Source of the DNA: Thalassobaculaceae bacterium
Lineage (GTDB): Bacteria; Pseudomonadota; Alphaproteobacteria; Thalassobaculales; Thalassobaculaceae
Direction: 5' to 3'
DNA length: 64,000 nucleotides
Assembly: GCA_965228875.1 (NCBI GenBank)
Contig: OZ245843.1
Coordinates: 4,260,616-4,324,615, forward strand
The notes below the pieces were generated by a model. It saw only the letters and a program-made list of their open reading frames with translations. It searched no databases and had not been told where the DNA came from. Below are positions 61,598 through 64,000 of this stretch, one piece after another. Position numbers and translations under genes: made by a program. Position 1 is the first letter of the stretch. Each line of letters starts with the position of its first letter.

Positions 61598-62347
61598 GTG
61601 CCGCGCTTCAAGCTGACGATCGAATACGACGGCGGACCCTATGTGGGCTGGCAGCGCCAGGCCAACGGCCCGACTGTCCAGGAGTGCCTGGAGGATGCGG
61701 TCACGGCGTTCTCCGGCGAGCGGGTCGAGGTCGCCGGCGCCGGACGCACCGACAAGGGGGTGCACGCCACCGGCCAGGTCGCCCATATCGAGCTCGCCAG
61801 CACCAAGTTCGATGCGAACACGGTGATGAAGGCGATCAACGCCCTGATCCGTCCGGAGCCCATCGCGGTGATCGCGGCGGAGGCGGTCGCCGACGACTTC
61901 CATGCCAGGTTCTCCGCGATTGAGCGGCGCTATCGCTACGTGATCCTGAACCGCCGGCCGCCGGCCGCGCTTGACGCCGGCCGCGCCTGGCATGTGGCGG
62001 TAGCGCTCGACGCCGACGCCATGCACGGGGCCGCCCAGCGGCTGGTCGGCCATCATGACTTCACCACCTTCCGCGCCACCCAGTGCCAGTCGGCGTCGGC
62101 GGAGAAGACGCTGGATCAGCTCGACGTGGCCCGCGACGGCGACCGGGTCGTCGTCATCGCCCGCTCGCGCTCCTTCCTGCACCATCAGGTACGCAACATG
62201 GTCGGCACTCTGAAGCTGGTCGGTGAGGGCAAATGGAACGCCGACGACGTCTCGGCGGCCCTAGAGGCCCGGCGCCGAGCGGCGGGTGGACCGACCGCGC
62301 CGGCCGACGGCCTGTATCTCACCGATGTGATCTACCCGCAGGCGTGA
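61598..62347 (+). CDS. truA: tRNA pseudouridine(38-40) synthase
   Basis: EYDG...[34 protein letters not shown]. Confidence 0.97.
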   Translation: MPRFKLTIEYDGGPYVGWQRQANGPTVQECLEDAVTAFSGERVEVAGAGRTDKGVHATGQVAHIELASTKFDANTVMKAINALIRPEPIAVIAAEAVADDFHARFSAIERRYRYVILNRRPPAALDAGRAWHVAVALDADAMHGAAQRLVGHHDFTTFRATQCQSASAEKTLDQLDVARDGDRVVVIARSRSFLHHQVRNMVGTLKLVGEGKWNADDVSAALEARRRAAGGPTAPADGLYLTDVIYPQA

Positions 62348-62438
62348 TCTCCCACGCATGTGACCGCCGTCGACGCGCCGGCGCGTTACCTTGGCCGCTG
62401 CATCCAAGAAAGTGACCCAATTCCACGGCGGCGCGGCG

Positions 62439-63368
62439 ATGACCGGATCGAGAGCAGGCTTCAGGGTGACCGGCGACGTCAGCCGGCGCGGCGTGATCGC
62501 CGGGATTGTCGGTCTGACCCTGTCGGGATTTCGCAGTCTGGAAGGCTGGCTCGCGCCGTCGGCAAGCCCCTGGCCCCGCTGGGAGGCGCACGATCCGGAA
62601 AGCACGCGCCGCCTGGACTGGGAACCCCTCGATCGCTGGCTGTCGACGCACGTCCAGGCCTCGAGCGATGGCGTGAACCGGGTCGACTACGGCGGCGTCA
62701 GCGCGGCGGAGCGTGCGGCGCTCGCCGGCATCGTCGACACGCTCGCCGCGACGGCGGTCTCGGAACTCCCCAGGGACGAGCAGTTCGCCTACTGGATCAA
62801 CCTCTACAACGCGGTCACCCTCAAGGTCGTGCTCGACCACTATCCGATCGACAGCCTGCGCGCGCTCGATCTCGGCGGCGGATTCGCCTCGAGCGGGCCA
62901 TGGAAGGCGGATCTGGTGGAGGTCGAGGGCGAGCCGCTCAGCCTCAACGATATCGAGCATCGCATCCTGCGGCCGATCTGGCGGGACAACCGGATCCACT
63001 ACGCGGTCAACTGCGCTGCGATCGGGTGCCCGAACCTGCGCCGCGCGGCGTGGCGGCCGGAAACACTGCAGCGGGACCTGGACGCGGCGGCGCGCGCCTA
63101 CGTCAACCACCCGCGCGGCGTCGAAGTCCGGGCGAGGGGCGGGGCGCCGCACCTGGTCGTCTCGAAGATCTACGACTGGTACGCGGAGGATTTCGGCGGA
63201 AGCGAGCCGGCGGTGCTGGACCACCTGCGGCGGCATGCCGACGGGGCGACCGCGGACGCGCTGGCCGGACTGAACCGCATCCACGCTACCGCCTATGACT
63301 GGACCTTGAACGACGTGAAGCCGCCGCGTTCCAAGCCTCTGAAGCCCAAGCCTCTGAAGACAGAGTAG
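62439..63368 (+). CDS. DUF547 domain exported protein
   Basis: Tat-like SRRGVI; AYWINLYNA, LSLNDIEH, RIHYAVNCAAIGCP, SKIYDWY..DF, YDWTLN; start approximate. Confidence 0.88.
   Translation: MTGSRAGFRVTGDVSRRGVIAGIVGLTLSGFRSLEGWLAPSASPWPRWEAHDPESTRRLDWEPLDRWLSTHVQASSDGVNRVDYGGVSAAERAALAGIVDTLAATAVSELPRDEQFAYWINLYNAVTLKVVLDHYPIDSLRALDLGGGFASSGPWKADLVEVEGEPLSLNDIEHRILRPIWRDNRIHYAVNCAAIGCPNLRRAAWRPETLQRDLDAAARAYVNHPRGVEVRARGGAPHLVVSKIYDWYAEDFGGSEPAVLDHLRRHADGATADALAGLNRIHATAYDWTLNDVKPPRSKPLKPKPLKTE
63331..63359. repeat. 15-nt period tandem duplication at the DUF547 gene 3' end (KPLKP KPLK)
   Basis: ccaagcctctgaagc followed by ccaagcctctgaag. Confidence 0.85.
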
Positions 63369-63423
63369 AGTCACACATCAGAGGTTTCCGTCTGATCGTG
63401 ATCCGCTCTCCGACTCCGGAGAG

Positions 63424-64000
63424 CTACCCCTCGAGCAGGTCGGCCACGGCCTGGCGAAGCACCGCCTCGTCGGCCGGGTTCAGGTTGGGGTTGCCCGCCC
63501 GGTGACCCCAGTCGGAGACGATGGGGCGGAACTCGGCGTTCGGCATCTGCGCCGTCTCGCGCTCGCTGTCCAGCGCGGTGAAATAAAGGTCGGTGGTCGA
63601 CGGCATGACGATGCTCCTCGCCGTGATCGAGCCCAGCGCCTTGGCGAGATCGCCGTTGTGGACGGGGTTGTCCGAGATGTCCGAGCGCATCCAGGTGTCG
63701 AGGCTGGCCAGCAGGTCGTCGCCGTCGCGGCGCAGGAAATTGCCTTCCCAACTGCGGACCAGCCAGTCTTCCAGCGAACTGAATCCGGCGCCGCGCCACA
63801 GCTCTTCGCGGTAGAAGGTCTGACTCATCGCCCAGCCGGCATAGACCCGGCCCATGGCCCGAAGTCCGGCCACCGGGCGGGCGCGGAAATGGGTGCCGGC
63901 CCAGGCCGCGTCTGCGGTCAGGGTGGCCCGCACGCCTTCGAGGAAGACCTTGTTGTGCGGCGAGGTCCGGGCGCTGGTGCAGACCGCGCAGATCCGTTCG
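63424..64000 (-). CDS. alpha/beta hydrolase, homoserine acetyltransferase-like (5' end outside the window)
   Basis: PHNKVFLEG, GRVYAGW, TDLYF, SDWGHRAG (catalytic Asp/His region). Confidence 0.8.
   Translation of the reverse strand, partial: ERICAVCTSARTSPHNKVFLEGVRATLTADAAWAGTHFRARPVAGLRAMGRVYAGWAMSQTFYREELWRGAGFSSLEDWLVRSWEGNFLRRDGDDLLASLDTWMRSDISDNPVHNGDLAKALGSITARSIVMPSTTDLYFTALDSERETAQMPNAEFRPIVSDWGHRAGNPNLNPADEAVLRQAVADLLEG

Overview
High-GC alphaproteobacterial chromosomal segment; gene content and order suggest a Rhodospirillales-like organism (inference). It holds about 60 CDS, mostly core housekeeping blocks: ahcY; the hprK-rapZ-EIIA(Man)-HPr-EI PTS operon; acnA; secA / PPIase-argJ-mutT; methyltransferase / comF-grxC-nitrilase-DUF1178; ubiB-like kinase; yejABEF; hisN; cycM; kdsB-pheA; rmuC; def-fmt-truA. 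I saw no rRNA, tRNA, CRISPR array, integrase or transposase. The notable items are accessory genes inserted into these conserved blocks: (1) an 1100-aa exported six-CXXCH protein fusing a cytochrome P460-like domain to a pentaheme module, with an Fnr/NnrR-like box upstream; (2) a class-III aminotransferase::SDR fusion coupled to a methyltransferase and splitting the nitrilase-DUF1178 block; (3) a TetR regulator carrying a SEC-C metal-binding tail nearly identical in DNA to that of the adjacent secA; (4) an orphan ORF with a perfect CtrA box between secA and the PPIase; (5) a 57-aa protein missed by the ORF track, divergent from a GcvA-like LysR; (6) a PhaR-type box before a fabI / CoA-transferase pair. 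All family assignments come from motif recognition by eye, not database searches.
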